From Nitrospiraceae bacterium (GTDB taxonomy: Bacteria; Nitrospirota; Nitrospiria; Nitrospirales; Nitrospiraceae), in NCBI GenBank assembly GCA_050246315.1, contig JBFWWG010000010.1, positions 103,088-167,087 on the forward strand: a stretch of DNA of 64,000 bases, in the 5' to 3' direction. Position numbers and translations under genes: made by a program. Position 1 is the stretch's first letter. Every line of letters starts with the position of its first letter. Shown in pieces: positions 41,892 to 52,329 of the stretch. The notes below the pieces were generated by a model that made no database searches, was not told the origin of the DNA, and was given only the letters and a program-made list of their open reading frames with translations.

Positions 41892-42677
41892 ATGCCATTC
41901 ATCGTTGTCGCCTTGATCGCGCTTGCGATTCTCTCGGCCTGGTTGCCTGCGGACGCCGGTCAACCAACCCGCCCGCAAGCGGAGTATTCGGCCGATGCGA
42001 CGATTCAAAACGAAGAAGGCACTTTGCAGCAGAAAATTTTCGTTACGCCGAGCAAGGAGCGGAGGGAAACGTTGACGGGCACAGGCGAGGGAGCGGTCAT
42101 GATCTTCCGGTACGACACCAAGGTCATGTGGACCCTCATGCCGTCGGAAAAGATGTATATGGAATATCCTCTGGCTGGCGGCCAGGGACAGGGAAATGAT
42201 CCTTCGCAATGGACCTATGAGGACACGGCGATGGGCGAAGAGACGCTCAACGGCGTGACGGTGACCAAGTACAAAACCATCGCCACCAGCACGGATGGCA
42301 AAAAATTCGGAGGATTCTCTTGGCGAACGAAAGAAGGCATCACCCTTAAGCAGGATCTGCTCTACAAAGAAGGGAACGACAAGAAGCGGATGCTGACCGA
42401 GCTCAGCAACCTCACGATCGGCAAGCAGGAACCCAGGTTGTTCGAAATCCCGGAAGGGTTCACGAAATTCGACATGGGTGGCATGATGGGGATGATGGGA
42501 CACGAGAGCATGGGACAGCGCGGCATGCCGAATCCGAGACCGCAGACCGGAAGACCGCAGCGAACCATGCCGGCACCGCACGAGCAGCCGACGGCACCTG
42601 AAACCCCGCCCACACAAGAAGAGCCTTCAGATATGGAAAAGGCCGGCAACTTCATGAAGGGTCTGTTTGGCCGATAG
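41892..42677 (+). CDS. Secreted DUF4412-like protein
   Basis: AAGGAG RBS; signal peptide; EYSAD, GEETLNG..VTKY, LFEIPEGF. Confidence 0.7.
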   Translation: MPFIVVALIALAILSAWLPADAGQPTRPQAEYSADATIQNEEGTLQQKIFVTPSKERRETLTGTGEGAVMIFRYDTKVMWTLMPSEKMYMEYPLAGGQGQGNDPSQWTYEDTAMGEETLNGVTVTKYKTIATSTDGKKFGGFSWRTKEGITLKQDLLYKEGNDKKRMLTELSNLTIGKQEPRLFEIPEGFTKFDMGGMMGMMGHESMGQRGMPNPRPQTGRPQRTMPAPHEQPTAPETPPTQEEPSDMEKAGNFMKGLFGR

Positions 42678-42689
42678 GCGAACGGCAGC

Positions 42690-43541
42690 ATGAAGCGGCG
42701 GCTGAAAGGCACATCGCTGTTGGTCGCCGCATTGATGATGACGGCCACGGCCCTGCCGTGCGCCGCTCAAGCGAACGAGAGGAGTCCTTCAACCCTACCT
42801 GATAGGCCGGTCATCAACGCCTCTGCCTTGTATATGGTCGAACTCCAATCCGGGCGGGTATTGTTGGAACAAAACTCCACCCGCCGCCTTCCTCCGGCCA
42901 GCCTCACGAAAATTATGACGGCGCTGATTGCGCTAGAGTCCGCACCGCTTCAGGAGGTGGTGAAGATCGACGGACGCGCGGTGGTGCATCATTCCTCGTA
43001 CAATTTCCGGCCCGGCGAAGCATTCCTCTTGCGTGATCTGGTGACGGCCATGCTGGTAACCAGTGCCAATGATGCCTGCGAGGCGGTCGCCTGGCACATC
43101 GGGGGGGATGACAAGCGGTTCGTCGCCATGATGAACGAACGGGTCCGCAGGCTGGGGTTGGAGAACACGCATTTCGTCAATCCTTGTGGATTCGATGCGC
43201 CGGGGCACTACTCAAGCGCCGCGGATCTGGCCAGGTTGACCGATGCGGCTCTGCAAACACCCAATTTTTCAATGATGGTACGGACCGTCGTACGCGAGAT
43301 CTCCAGCGTCGACGGTGAGCGGACGGTCGCGCTCCATAGCACGAACGAATTGCTCATCGACCCCGATATCACAGGTGTGAAAACCGGATACACGAGCAAA
43401 GCCGGGCGCTGCCTGATCGCCAGCATGTTCAAGGAGGGCCATCGCCTATTACTGGTGGGCATGAACATCACGGATCGATGGGAACAGGCCGCCAAGATGC
43501 TCCGATACGGGCAGGCAGTCATGCTGAATTCGAACAATTGA
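42690..43541 (+). CDS. D-alanyl-D-alanine carboxypeptidase (S11)
   Basis: ASLTK, SAND, KTGYT motifs; signal peptide. Confidence 0.93.
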   Translation: MKRRLKGTSLLVAALMMTATALPCAAQANERSPSTLPDRPVINASALYMVELQSGRVLLEQNSTRRLPPASLTKIMTALIALESAPLQEVVKIDGRAVVHHSSYNFRPGEAFLLRDLVTAMLVTSANDACEAVAWHIGGDDKRFVAMMNERVRRLGLENTHFVNPCGFDAPGHYSSAADLARLTDAALQTPNFSMMVRTVVREISSVDGERTVALHSTNELLIDPDITGVKTGYTSKAGRCLIASMFKEGHRLLLVGMNITDRWEQAAKMLRYGQAVMLNSNN

Positions 43542-43551
43542 GGCGGGAACC

Positions 43552-44958
43552 CTACTGCCGTCCAACACTGTGGAGGTATGCGTCTCGAAGGTTCTTCTGA
43601 GCAAGGGCATAGTCCGGGTCAAGCCTTGCCGCGGTTCTGAATTTGTCGATGGCGTTCTCCCAGTCGCCTCGCATGGCGTAGGCATGGCCGAGGTTGTTGT
43701 GCGGCCTTGCCTTTTTTGGGGCTTTCTCCACGGCGTCGGACCAGAGCAGGACCGGGTCGCGATACAGAGCATTGCGTTCGATCGTCGTGAAACTGAGCAC
43801 GAGGACCAACGTGAGCCCGAGGCCGACCGCGCCGACGCGGACGAGCCTTGGTCGATGAAGGGTCTCGGACAGCCAGCCGGCCAGTTGTGAGCAGAGGAGG
43901 ACGAAGGCCAGCAGAATGCCGATTGACGGCAGATAGAGGTTACGTTCGCTCAACAGGTCGACGCGAGGAATCAGACTTGTGGGGAGGAGCTGAAGGAAGA
44001 ACCAGCCGACTCCGAACGTCACCAAGGGGAACCGCCGATATGCCGTCAAGGCCACACCGACCACTGCGCCCAGGATCAACAGATCGACAGGGAGCGGCCA
44101 TTGAAACAGGGAGTGCAACGCGGGCAGGTCGTGATCGAAGTTTTGGTTCCAGGGACAGACGAACAGCAAGAGCGCGTAGATGACGGCATGGAGTTCGCTC
44201 ACAAGATTGTCCCAGAGTGGACGCATCTCCAGGCTGTATTGGGCGAGCTCGGAATAGCGAGGGTGCCACCAGGCCCATGCGGCCACGACAAGCAGCACGA
44301 ACCAAAATGGGAGATGAGTTGAGAGGAACGTCTTACGCAATGCGGCAGGATCCAATCGGCGTATCAACGCATCCCAGAGCAAGAGAGCGAGCGGCAACGT
44401 GGCCGCGGTTTCTTTCGATCCAAGGGCCAAGACAAACGACAAGAGGGCGCCGGAGACATACCGTCCATGAGAGAGCCCGTCACGCTGACGCGCAGCACCT
44501 TCAATATAAAGAGCAAGGGCGAGAAGGTAGAACAACGTCATGAGGCCGGAGGCCCGACCGGAAATGTAGGTGACGGTTTCGGTTTGAAGGGGATGAACGA
44601 GAAACAACAGCGCAGTCCAGAACGGAACTTCCCGGGTTTCCTCCGAGACGGCGCGAGTCAGCACGAGATAGACAAGGATCCCGGAGCCCAGATGGAGCAG
44701 CAGATTCAACAGATGGTAGCCGGTCGGGCTGGTTCCGAAGATTGTCCGATCGGCGAGGAACGTCGCATACAACACCGGCCGGACCATGTGATCGAGATGG
44801 CCGATAAAAGTTCGCCAGCTATTGAGATGTGGATTCTCCAGTATGGTTGAGAAGTCGTCGTACTGGAAAGTGCCCGAGAACGCGTTTGCGTAGGCCACAA
44901 CTGCGACCACCATCAGGCAGACGCTCTGCCGGTTTCGTGTGGCAGTCACACTGTTCAC
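43552..44958 (-). CDS. TMTC-like GT-C membrane protein with C-terminal TPR
   Basis: FQYDD, YHLLNLLLH, HPLQTETVTYISGR, SKE, ERNLYLP, TPR; start uncertain. Confidence 0.8.
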   Translation of the reverse strand: MNSVTATRNRQSVCLMVVAVVAYANAFSGTFQYDDFSTILENPHLNSWRTFIGHLDHMVRPVLYATFLADRTIFGTSPTGYHLLNLLLHLGSGILVYLVLTRAVSEETREVPFWTALLFLVHPLQTETVTYISGRASGLMTLFYLLALALYIEGAARQRDGLSHGRYVSGALLSFVLALGSKETAATLPLALLLWDALIRRLDPAALRKTFLSTHLPFWFVLLVVAAWAWWHPRYSELAQYSLEMRPLWDNLVSELHAVIYALLLFVCPWNQNFDHDLPALHSLFQWPLPVDLLILGAVVGVALTAYRRFPLVTFGVGWFFLQLLPTSLIPRVDLLSERNLYLPSIGILLAFVLLCSQLAGWLSETLHRPRLVRVGAVGLGLTLVLVLSFTTIERNALYRDPVLLWSDAVEKAPKKARPHNNLGHAYAMRGDWENAIDKFRTAARLDPDYALAQKNLRDAYLHSVGRQ

Positions 44959-45015
44959 GATCGGATCAAGATTACTCTCTTGCAGGACAGGAGTATAGCG
45001 AAAGGAGACGCAGAC

Positions 45016-45786
45016 ATGCCATTTGATCGACGCGATGCCACGAGCCGCCGTGGTGCGCCTGAAACCCTCCGTCAGGCATGCAACCGGCAAGCCAGGTCTC
45101 ACTCGTTCGTATTGTGTGTGGCAGGCATCTCCCTACTTCTGACTCTCTTCACCGGGCTCGCGTACGGCGAAGGGCCCTGCACATGCAAGGACATCGACAA
45201 ATTGCAGGCACACCTGGACAGAGTCACGAAAGCGGAAGAGGCCTGGAAAGAGATCTTTGCCTGGGCCCGTGAACTCTATCCCGACGTGGATCCGCCTCAA
45301 TCCAATGACGATCTCAACCAGAAGTTTGTCCAATTGACAAGCTCCTCACAATCTCAATGGCGGACTCTGATCAAGCAAGGGCCTGTCAAAGAAAAGAAAG
45401 AACTGAAAAAGGTCGCCGGTCTGAGTCAAGAGGGGGAACCGATTATCGACGATGACTTCAAGAAGAACAACTGCGACGACGTGATTGAGGCCGAGCATGT
45501 CCATGAACGAGCGCATAAGGATTTCTATTTGAGCTTCCCCAAAATCTTCGATGCTGGCATGAGTTCTCGGCTCCTCCGGCTGCGCGCCGAATCGGAGGTC
45601 GAATCCTACCGCGCCCATAAGACCTTCCTCGAGAAGAAATTATCGGAGCTCAAACTGAAGTGCGTCGCCAAGCTGGACAACAGCACCAAGAAGATATTGG
45701 AGCAGGCATACGCGCAGCGTCAGCGGCTCAACGAGGCGGAACATCGTCTTCGTATGTATGGCAATTCTCAAGCCGTCCTCAATTAG
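45016..45786 (+). CDS. Hypothetical secreted helical protein with HExxH
   Basis: AAAGGAG RBS; hydrophobic segment; HERAH followed by ESEVESY. Confidence 0.65.
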   Translation: MPFDRRDATSRRGAPETLRQACNRQARSHSFVLCVAGISLLLTLFTGLAYGEGPCTCKDIDKLQAHLDRVTKAEEAWKEIFAWARELYPDVDPPQSNDDLNQKFVQLTSSSQSQWRTLIKQGPVKEKKELKKVAGLSQEGEPIIDDDFKKNNCDDVIEAEHVHERAHKDFYLSFPKIFDAGMSSRLLRLRAESEVESYRAHKTFLEKKLSELKLKCVAKLDNSTKKILEQAYAQRQRLNEAEHRLRMYGNSQAVLN

Positions 45787-45828
45787 CACGGTGAGCGAGA
45801 GTCTTTTTTCGAGACAGGAGGAACACTC

Positions 45829-47034
45829 ATGATGAAGACTTCGAGCATCTCGATTGCAGGCGTCGCCGGAAGCGCACTCCTCGGGCTCGCGTTGCTGCCA
45901 TCGCCCGCACCAGCGGCACCGCCGGCGACCGGCTCCAGTTCCTCTCCCAAGACCGTTCTGGTCAAGAAGTATATCGATGACTGTCGTCAAACACCCTCTA
46001 AAGACGCGGATTGCGACAAACTCCGAAAGGATGCGGTCGACATCCTGAAAGATGATCTGCATACGCTAGGCTCGTCGGCCGACCATGCTTATTTTCTGTC
46101 CATTCTCCCGGTGTTCCACAGCGATGAGATCGACTTACGGATCGCCGCAGCGGACGCGATCGGCATGATCGGACCGCAGGATCAGGACGTGGACGCGATC
46201 ATCCCGCTGACCAACGATCCCGTCCCAGACGTCAGACTCGCCGTTTCGAATATGATCTCTCACGGGAAGGGAACCGCCATCATGTTGCTCAGGCAGCGCA
46301 TGATGCCTCACCGCACGGGGCGCACGCCGGAGACTCCTGTAGATGTCGCAACACATTCCCTGCCGGTCGCCCCAGATAGTGTCTACCTCTTCGATTTCAG
46401 CGATGCAGCGGTCGGTCGCGTATCGTACATCGTGAAAGGCAAGAGCGATCCTACGCATTTCTATCGGGCGAAGGCCAAGAAAGGTCCCTTGAAATGGGAG
46501 CAGTTTCGAGAGCAATACCGCTTTCAGCTCCACGACGAACAGGAAGCCCTCAATCAGGCTCAAGCGGCGGCGGCGGAAGAGATGCAACAGGTGAAGCCGC
46601 CGGACCCCACCGATACACAAGCATTCTTGCAGTACATGCAAAAGATGCAATCCGTGTCGGCAGGACAAGGCACAAGAATGGCCCTCGATCTGTATGATCC
46701 GAAACTATTCGGCGCGCCGACGGTCTATGTCTTGGAAGAGCGCCAAATCGGCCAGCGAAGCTATCCGACACGCTATGTCGTGCTCTATCAGGAGCTGGCC
46801 CTTAAGAGGCCGGGATACCGCTTGAGTTGGATGACGGTGCCGGATAGCGCGATCAAGACCGCACAAGCCACGTCGCTGGTGGAAGAGAAAGAGGAATTGG
46901 CGAACAAGGCTGAACACGAAGCGCTGAAGAAAAAACAAGCAGAACTCGAAGCGCTGACCAAGAAGAAAGACGCGGCGGAAAAGAAGCAATTCAAGAAGGG
47001 GCAGGAGGATCTCGAAAAAGCCCTCGGCTTCTAA
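45829..47034 (+). CDS. Secreted HEAT-repeat protein with C-terminal coiled coil
   Basis: AGGAGG RBS; signal peptide; LRIAAADAIG, DPVPDVRLA. Confidence 0.7.
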   Translation: MMKTSSISIAGVAGSALLGLALLPSPAPAAPPATGSSSSPKTVLVKKYIDDCRQTPSKDADCDKLRKDAVDILKDDLHTLGSSADHAYFLSILPVFHSDEIDLRIAAADAIGMIGPQDQDVDAIIPLTNDPVPDVRLAVSNMISHGKGTAIMLLRQRMMPHRTGRTPETPVDVATHSLPVAPDSVYLFDFSDAAVGRVSYIVKGKSDPTHFYRAKAKKGPLKWEQFREQYRFQLHDEQEALNQAQAAAAEEMQQVKPPDPTDTQAFLQYMQKMQSVSAGQGTRMALDLYDPKLFGAPTVYVLEERQIGQRSYPTRYVVLYQELALKRPGYRLSWMTVPDSAIKTAQATSLVEEKEELANKAEHEALKKKQAELEALTKKKDAAEKKQFKKGQEDLEKALGF

Positions 47035-47160
47035 CTCCCGGCCGGCCGATGAAGACCCATTCCAACATTCCGGAATACGAGCCGTCGGAAATCAATATCG
47101 AGAATGACTGAGAGGCCTCCTACCAACCTAGCGGCCCTTTGCCCTTCTGCGAGGGGCCCG

Positions 47161-47189
47161 TTGACTTACCCACCACACAGGAATAGTCT
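47161..47189 (+). promoter_or_regulatory. Candidate sigma70 promoter
   Basis: TTGACT-N17-TAGTCT upstream of the USP gene. Confidence 0.4.
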
Positions 47190-47416
47190 GAAGGAACTCT
47201 GATCGCGTAGGTGGGCGGGGGCGACCCTCCATCCTACTCTTCTCGCCTACTGTTCTCGCATCAGCGCTCATCTTCACAGGAGGGGTTCAATGGAAGACCA
47301 TACTCCACCACATCACGATGGCCCACCGAACGGGTCCGGTTTCGAAGGCCTGCTGCGAGAAGAGATCAATGCAGTCAGTTGTGTCACCGGTTTCGCTGTT
47401 CCACCGGGGTGATCCG

Positions 47417-47971
47417 ATGGCTACTCCGACGAATGACAAACTCCTTTCTAGGGAAGCGCACGATGTGACGAGTCGAACCATCTCCAAAAGGATTCTGGTC
47501 GCCGTGGACGATTCTGAGGAGTCGGCCCGCGCGGTCCACTACGTCGGATCACTGCTCCGTGACACGCAAGACGTGGCGGTGACGTTGTTCCACGTGTTGA
47601 AGCCGATGCCTCGTGAATTGTTGGAGCACGGAGGCTCCGAAAATCCGACGGTGGAGGATCAGTTGGGGCGACAATTGCGGAAAGATCAGGAGGAATGGGT
47701 CAAGGAGGAGGGAACCATCGAATATCCGATCCTCCTGAAGGCCTTACAGGGTCTGGGGCAGACCGGCTTCCCGATCGATCACGTGACGCTCAAGTTCGGC
47801 CACGAACGCGATATCGCCGACACCATTCTCGATGAAGCGCGCGCCGGAGGGTACGGCACGATCGTGGTGAGCCGCCACGGCGCGTCCGGTGCGAAACGAC
47901 TCTTCGGGAACGGCATCACCGATCACCTATTGCGGGAGTCCTCCGGAATCGCGGTCTGGGTACTGGGGTAG
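47417..47971 (+). CDS. Universal stress protein
   Basis: ILVAVDDSEES, IVVSRHG...G.IT; start uncertain. Confidence 0.88.
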   Translation: MATPTNDKLLSREAHDVTSRTISKRILVAVDDSEESARAVHYVGSLLRDTQDVAVTLFHVLKPMPRELLEHGGSENPTVEDQLGRQLRKDQEEWVKEEGTIEYPILLKALQGLGQTGFPIDHVTLKFGHERDIADTILDEARAGGYGTIVVSRHGASGAKRLFGNGITDHLLRESSGIAVWVLG

Positions 47972-48087
47972 ATGGCGCGTGTTGCCCTCTCGATGCATCC
48001 GAACCCTCGTCCGGACGCGCCGAGAGACTGCGGCTCGTCGGCGAGGTTCTCTGCCGAGTGTCGAGAATGTCGGAGAGGGAGGTCGCG

Positions 48088-48843
48088 ATGGAGTGCCTCG
48101 CTTGTCAGGGCGCACTCCCACCGATGGCGCGCTTTTGTCCCACCTGTGGCGTTTCATTGAGGCCACAGGAGCAATCGGCAGGCGCCGAGCCGGCTTCGCC
48201 GACCGGGCAAGGCGGCGGGGCAGTGTCCCAGGAACCTGTCCTCTCTCCACAGATGCTCGCGGAGTGGCGCGACCAACTGATCGACTGTTATTTGAGTTTC
48301 TCTATTTCCAAGGAACTCTCCGACTGGCTGAATGACCTCGGGCTCCCTTCGACCGGAACAACGCAGGAAAAACTCGCCCGCCTACGCCAACAGGCCGACT
48401 CGCTGGTGCTGTCGGCCGAAAGTTTCCCCCGCCAGACCATCTTTTACCTCAGCAAGTACCCTGAAGATATTTTGGCGGAGATTGGCCGGGAACTCGGGAT
48501 CGATAGTGCGGGTTCCAAGGACGTGCTGCTGAAACGGATCTATCGCGAGGTCGGGACCAGAGAGGGCTGGCTTCAACCCCTGTCGGACGATGCCAGGCAG
48601 CTCTTCAAGGATACGTTCTTGCCGATCCTCAGCGGCTTTGACCACAAGAAGGATTATTGTCTCAGTCTCTGGGACGAGCTGTCCGACCTCCTCGGCCGGG
48701 AACCGACCAATGTGCCGGCATCCCAGGCGTACGGCAGAGCCGTCATCGCGGTCGCGATCCCTGATTTCTTGCAAGAGGCCCAGGCCGTCCTGTTTCAACA
48801 TGAACTCGACCACAGAACCGGGGACCTTTCCGAGCACGCCTGA
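48088..48843 (+). CDS. Zinc-ribbon protein with two SAP-like helical repeats
   Basis: GGAGG RBS; CLAC...FCPTCG; LGLPSTGTTQEKLARL and LGIDSAGSKDVLLKRI. Confidence 0.65.
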   Translation: MECLACQGALPPMARFCPTCGVSLRPQEQSAGAEPASPTGQGGGAVSQEPVLSPQMLAEWRDQLIDCYLSFSISKELSDWLNDLGLPSTGTTQEKLARLRQQADSLVLSAESFPRQTIFYLSKYPEDILAEIGRELGIDSAGSKDVLLKRIYREVGTREGWLQPLSDDARQLFKDTFLPILSGFDHKKDYCLSLWDELSDLLGREPTNVPASQAYGRAVIAVAIPDFLQEAQAVLFQHELDHRTGDLSEHA

Positions 48844-48844
48844 T

Positions 48845-49267
48845 TCATGAGCTGATATACCGATTGAGGCAGCCGATCAGCTCCTCCTTCTCCTCCATCA
48901 TCAAGGCCACCAGATCGCGGAGCGAGACCAGTCCCACAAATTCGTCCCCATCGAAGACGAGCAGATAGCGACAGCGATGCTCCTTCATTAGGTTCAAGCA
49001 CGAGCTGGCCGTCTCTTTAGGGCTGACCCGAACCACTTCGCTGGTCATGACATCCTTGATCCTCACCCGTTCAGGATCCCGGCTCTTTCCGACCACCCGC
49101 ATCATTAAATCACGCTCGGTGAAGATGCCGGTGATCTTTGAGGCGCTGGTGATGACCACCGACCCCACGAACTCCTCGGCCATCAGAATCGCAGCGTCGA
49201 GGACAGTATGACCCTCGTCGAGCACCACGACTTTGCGGACAATCTTCGGCTCAATGTTCCATTCCAT
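48845..49267 (-). CDS. CBS domain pair protein
   Basis: GIFTERD, VGLVSLRD; AAAGGAGG RBS. Confidence 0.9.
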   Translation of the reverse strand: MEWNIEPKIVRKVVVLDEGHTVLDAAILMAEEFVGSVVITSASKITGIFTERDLMMRVVGKSRDPERVRIKDVMTSEVVRVSPKETASSCLNLMKEHRCRYLLVFDGDEFVGLVSLRDLVALMMEEKEELIGCLNRYISS

Positions 49268-49354
49268 GTTGGTCCCCTCCTTTCTGCCTCAAGGCACGGC
49301 CGATACCCAAGCCGCCCGTGACACCACCCTCGCACGAAGAAGAATGAGAACCAG

Positions 49355-50212
49355 CTACCGAACGATCAGGACCGGGCAGGCGACCTGATGCAACACCGCA
49401 TGGGAGACGCTGCCGAGCAGGAAGTGCCCCATCCCCTTCCACCCATGAGAGCCGAGGACGACCAGATCGGCCTGGCGCGCCGCCTGCGCGATACAACGGG
49501 CCGGATCGCCGCGCTCGACCCACGGCATCACAGCGGGGAAGAGATCCCGTAGCGAGGCCGCGGTATCCTTCACAAGCTGTTCGGCATACTGCTCGATCTC
49601 CCCGATCCACTTTTCATGTCGAGCCCCGAGGATGTCGTCGCCGGTATGGAGACTTGGTGCCACACTGAGCAAGGAGAGGGAAACCCGCTGAGCGAAGCGA
49701 TGGCGATGCAGCCAGGCGACCAGCCGCTGCGAATCTTCCTGCCCTTCAACGGCCAGCAGGACAGATTGCACCTTCCCCGGATCGCCCCTCACCAGCAACG
49801 ATGCGCAAGGCGCGTGCAGAACCACTCGGTGCGACACGCTGCCGAGGATCAATTCCGCGACACGTCCCCGCCCTTGAGAACCCACCGCCACCAACTCACA
49901 CTGGGTCGAGCGGACCGTCTCGAGTATGACCTTGGCGGGACTCCCCGTCCGGTAGACCCGTTTGGCTGAGGGGACCGTGGGGGGTACCATGGCGCCGGTC
50001 TGATCAAGCAGCCGTTCGGCTGCCTCCATCATCGAGTGCCGAACTTCTTCAGAGGTTCTGCGCCCGATCGGCTGAGCAAAGATCGGATTTTCGATCGGGC
50101 GGAGATCCACGGCGTGGATCAACGTCAGCTCTTCGTGGACAAAGAGGCGAGAGACCACCCGCACCGCATTAAAGGCCTGGTCCGACCAATCTACGGCGAC
50201 CACGGTGCGCAT
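49355..50212 (-). CDS. Tandem-domain universal stress protein
   Basis: Two USP domains (GSQGRG...LGSVS; GSHGWKG...LGSVS). Confidence 0.9.
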   Translation of the reverse strand: MRTVVAVDWSDQAFNAVRVVSRLFVHEELTLIHAVDLRPIENPIFAQPIGRRTSEEVRHSMMEAAERLLDQTGAMVPPTVPSAKRVYRTGSPAKVILETVRSTQCELVAVGSQGRGRVAELILGSVSHRVVLHAPCASLLVRGDPGKVQSVLLAVEGQEDSQRLVAWLHRHRFAQRVSLSLLSVAPSLHTGDDILGARHEKWIGEIEQYAEQLVKDTAASLRDLFPAVMPWVERGDPARCIAQAARQADLVVLGSHGWKGMGHFLLGSVSHAVLHQVACPVLIVR

Positions 50213-50343
50213 GGCGCCTCCAAGGCAGGAATCCCCATCGACTCATCAGGCATGGGCTCGGAGGGGACTCTCCCGATGTCGATGGATGCGTCATCATACT
50301 CCCAACGCGATGATCCACGTCAACCATCGGTGCGGGCGTTCTC

Positions 50344-50529
50344 TGAACCTGTCTGACTTTGACCTTTCTACTGCGGCGAACGATGCGCGGCCACCTGCGT
50401 CGTTCTCGGCCCGAACAAATCCTCAATGTATTCCAGTGAATACGCTTCCTGTTTTTCCCGGGCCTGCGGCCCTGCATCTGACCGCACCTCCCTCGCCTCG
50501 TCACGAACGCCCATGTCAGACAGGCTCCT
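50344..50529. repeat. MITE-like element, family A (reverse orientation)
   Basis: Reverse complement aligns to 20798-20987. Confidence 0.8.
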
Positions 50530-50769
50530 CACGCACGGTCAGTCCATCCCCCGGCCGGGACTTCGCCATCTCACCCGCCGATGGCATCGCTCGCTCCGGC
50601 CGCACCAAGCGGTTCAAAAAGCACAAAGCTGATGCTCGTCCAGTGCGGGCCGCAGTAGAATGCCCACTGTCCGATACAATCCCGCATTCACTCCCAACCC
50701 TCAACTCGGCGCGGACTGCTGAGAGTGCGGGCGGATGCCCGTCGCGGAGATCACACAGTGGAGAGCCTG

Positions 50770-51543
50770 ATGTTTGAATGGTTGACTCATCCCGAATCCT
50801 GGATCGCCTTGGGGACCTTGACGGCGCTGGAGATCGTCCTCGGCATCGACAACATTATTTTCATCTCCATTCTGGTCGGCCGGCTCCCCGAACCGCAACG
50901 CGCTCTGGCCAGGCGGGCGGGGCTCGGTCTTGCCATGATCGCCCGTCTCGGTCTGTTGTTCTCCATCTCCTGGGTGATGAGCCTCACTCAGCCTTGGTTT
51001 ACCGTCCTGGCCCAAGAAATTTCCGGACGCGACCTGATTCTCATTGGAGGCGGCTTGTTTTTGCTGGCGAAGGCCACACATGAAATCCACAATAGTCTTG
51101 AGGGCATCGAAGAGGGCGATCCCGAGATCATGGCCGCGGGGCTGGGGATGGTCTTGCTGCAGATCGCGCTGTTGGATATCGTGTTCTCCCTGGATTCCGT
51201 GATTACCGCCGTCGGCCTCGCCGAGCATGTCTCGATCATGGCCATCGCCATCATCCTGGCTGTGGCCGTGATGCTCATGGCCGCCAAGGCAATCGGCGAT
51301 TTCGTAGAGGCCCATCCGACGATCAAGATCCTGGCCTTGTCGTTCTTAATTCTCGTCGGCGTCACCCTCATGGTCGAAGGGTTCGACGTGCACGTGCCCA
51401 AGGGTTACATCTATTTCGCCATGGCGTTTTCCGTCGGAGTCGAGATGCTGAACATCCGCATGCGAAAGAAGCGGCGGACACCGGTCAAGCTGCATAGCAA
51501 ATACGCGAGAGCCTCCGGGCAAGATGGCGATGAATCAGCTTGA
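50770..51543 (+). CDS. TerC family membrane protein
   Basis: LEIVLGIDN, DIVFSLDSVITAVG, PKGYIYFAM. Confidence 0.93.
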   Translation: MFEWLTHPESWIALGTLTALEIVLGIDNIIFISILVGRLPEPQRALARRAGLGLAMIARLGLLFSISWVMSLTQPWFTVLAQEISGRDLILIGGGLFLLAKATHEIHNSLEGIEEGDPEIMAAGLGMVLLQIALLDIVFSLDSVITAVGLAEHVSIMAIAIILAVAVMLMAAKAIGDFVEAHPTIKILALSFLILVGVTLMVEGFDVHVPKGYIYFAMAFSVGVEMLNIRMRKKRRTPVKLHSKYARASGQDGDESA

Positions 51544-51628
51544 GCAGACCAGGCCGTCACACAGCCTCCGACATCCCAACGCACTCGCGACGGCCGTCGG
51601 TTTCGAATGATCGAGATCCAGCCGCGTG

Positions 51629-51856
51629 CTAGTAGAAGTGATTTCTAAACCCTCCATTCACCCTTCGACCGGCTCAGGGCGAACGGACGTGTCATGAACA
51701 GATGATGTTTCTGCGTTCGTGTTGAGCCCTTCGATGAACCAACCGTTGATCCTGAGGCTCTCGAAGGAGACGGTTGGCTTTCTCAGGAGAGGCTTGTCGA
51801 AGCCAGTGGCGGATTTATCGAACCGAGTGAACGGAGGGCTTGAAATGACTTCTAAC
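51629..51856. repeat. REP/MITE-like element related to family D
   Basis: TAGAAGT.ATTTC...CCCTCC / GGAGGG...GAAATGACTTCTA arms; CTTCGACCGGCTCAGG and CCTGAGGCTCTCGAAGG units. Confidence 0.65.
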
Positions 51857-51874
51857 CATCCGAGGAGGTGTGCG

Positions 51875-52204
51875 ATGCACCATGTGATCAGAGCCGGCTT
51901 CGCGGTATTCTTGTTGGGGGTCCTCCTGTCAGCAGGATTCGCACATCCCACATGGGCAGATGACCAGACTCCGCCATCAACCTCCCCGCCCCCGGCAGCG
52001 TCCGACGCGCACAAACGTGGAAGAGAGATGATCAAGCAGGCCTGCGGCGACGATGTCAAACGGTTCTGTCAGGAAGTGAAGCCGGGCGGAGGGCGCATCG
52101 TGCAATGCCTCGAAGAACATGCGAAAGACTTGTCGCAAGATTGCTCGAAGCTCATGGAGAAGCGGGCCCAGAAAAAGATCGCGCAGCCGAAGACATCGCA
52201 GTAA
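51875..52204 (+). CDS. Secreted cysteine-rich repeat protein (GLG1/Cys-rich-FGFR-like)
   Basis: GAGGAGG RBS; signal peptide; ACGDDVKRFC...GGRIVQCL...LSQDC. Confidence 0.8.
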   Translation: MHHVIRAGFAVFLLGVLLSAGFAHPTWADDQTPPSTSPPPAASDAHKRGREMIKQACGDDVKRFCQEVKPGGGRIVQCLEEHAKDLSQDCSKLMEKRAQKKIAQPKTSQ

Positions 52205-52329
52205 TCGGGGAGACAGCCACGTTCCAGTTTACGAGAACGCTGACCGCGCTTGCAGGGTCAAGAAAAACGTCCGTTGCTGTTGAATCGATCATCCGGATGA
52301 CTCGGTTGTTCTCACCCGAAGAGTCTCTT

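Noticed and set aside
50640..50769. yybP-ykoY (Mn2+) riboswitch upstream of terC
   Set aside because: The expected GGGGAGUA-type conserved core could not be found by eye; an Rfam scan would be decisive
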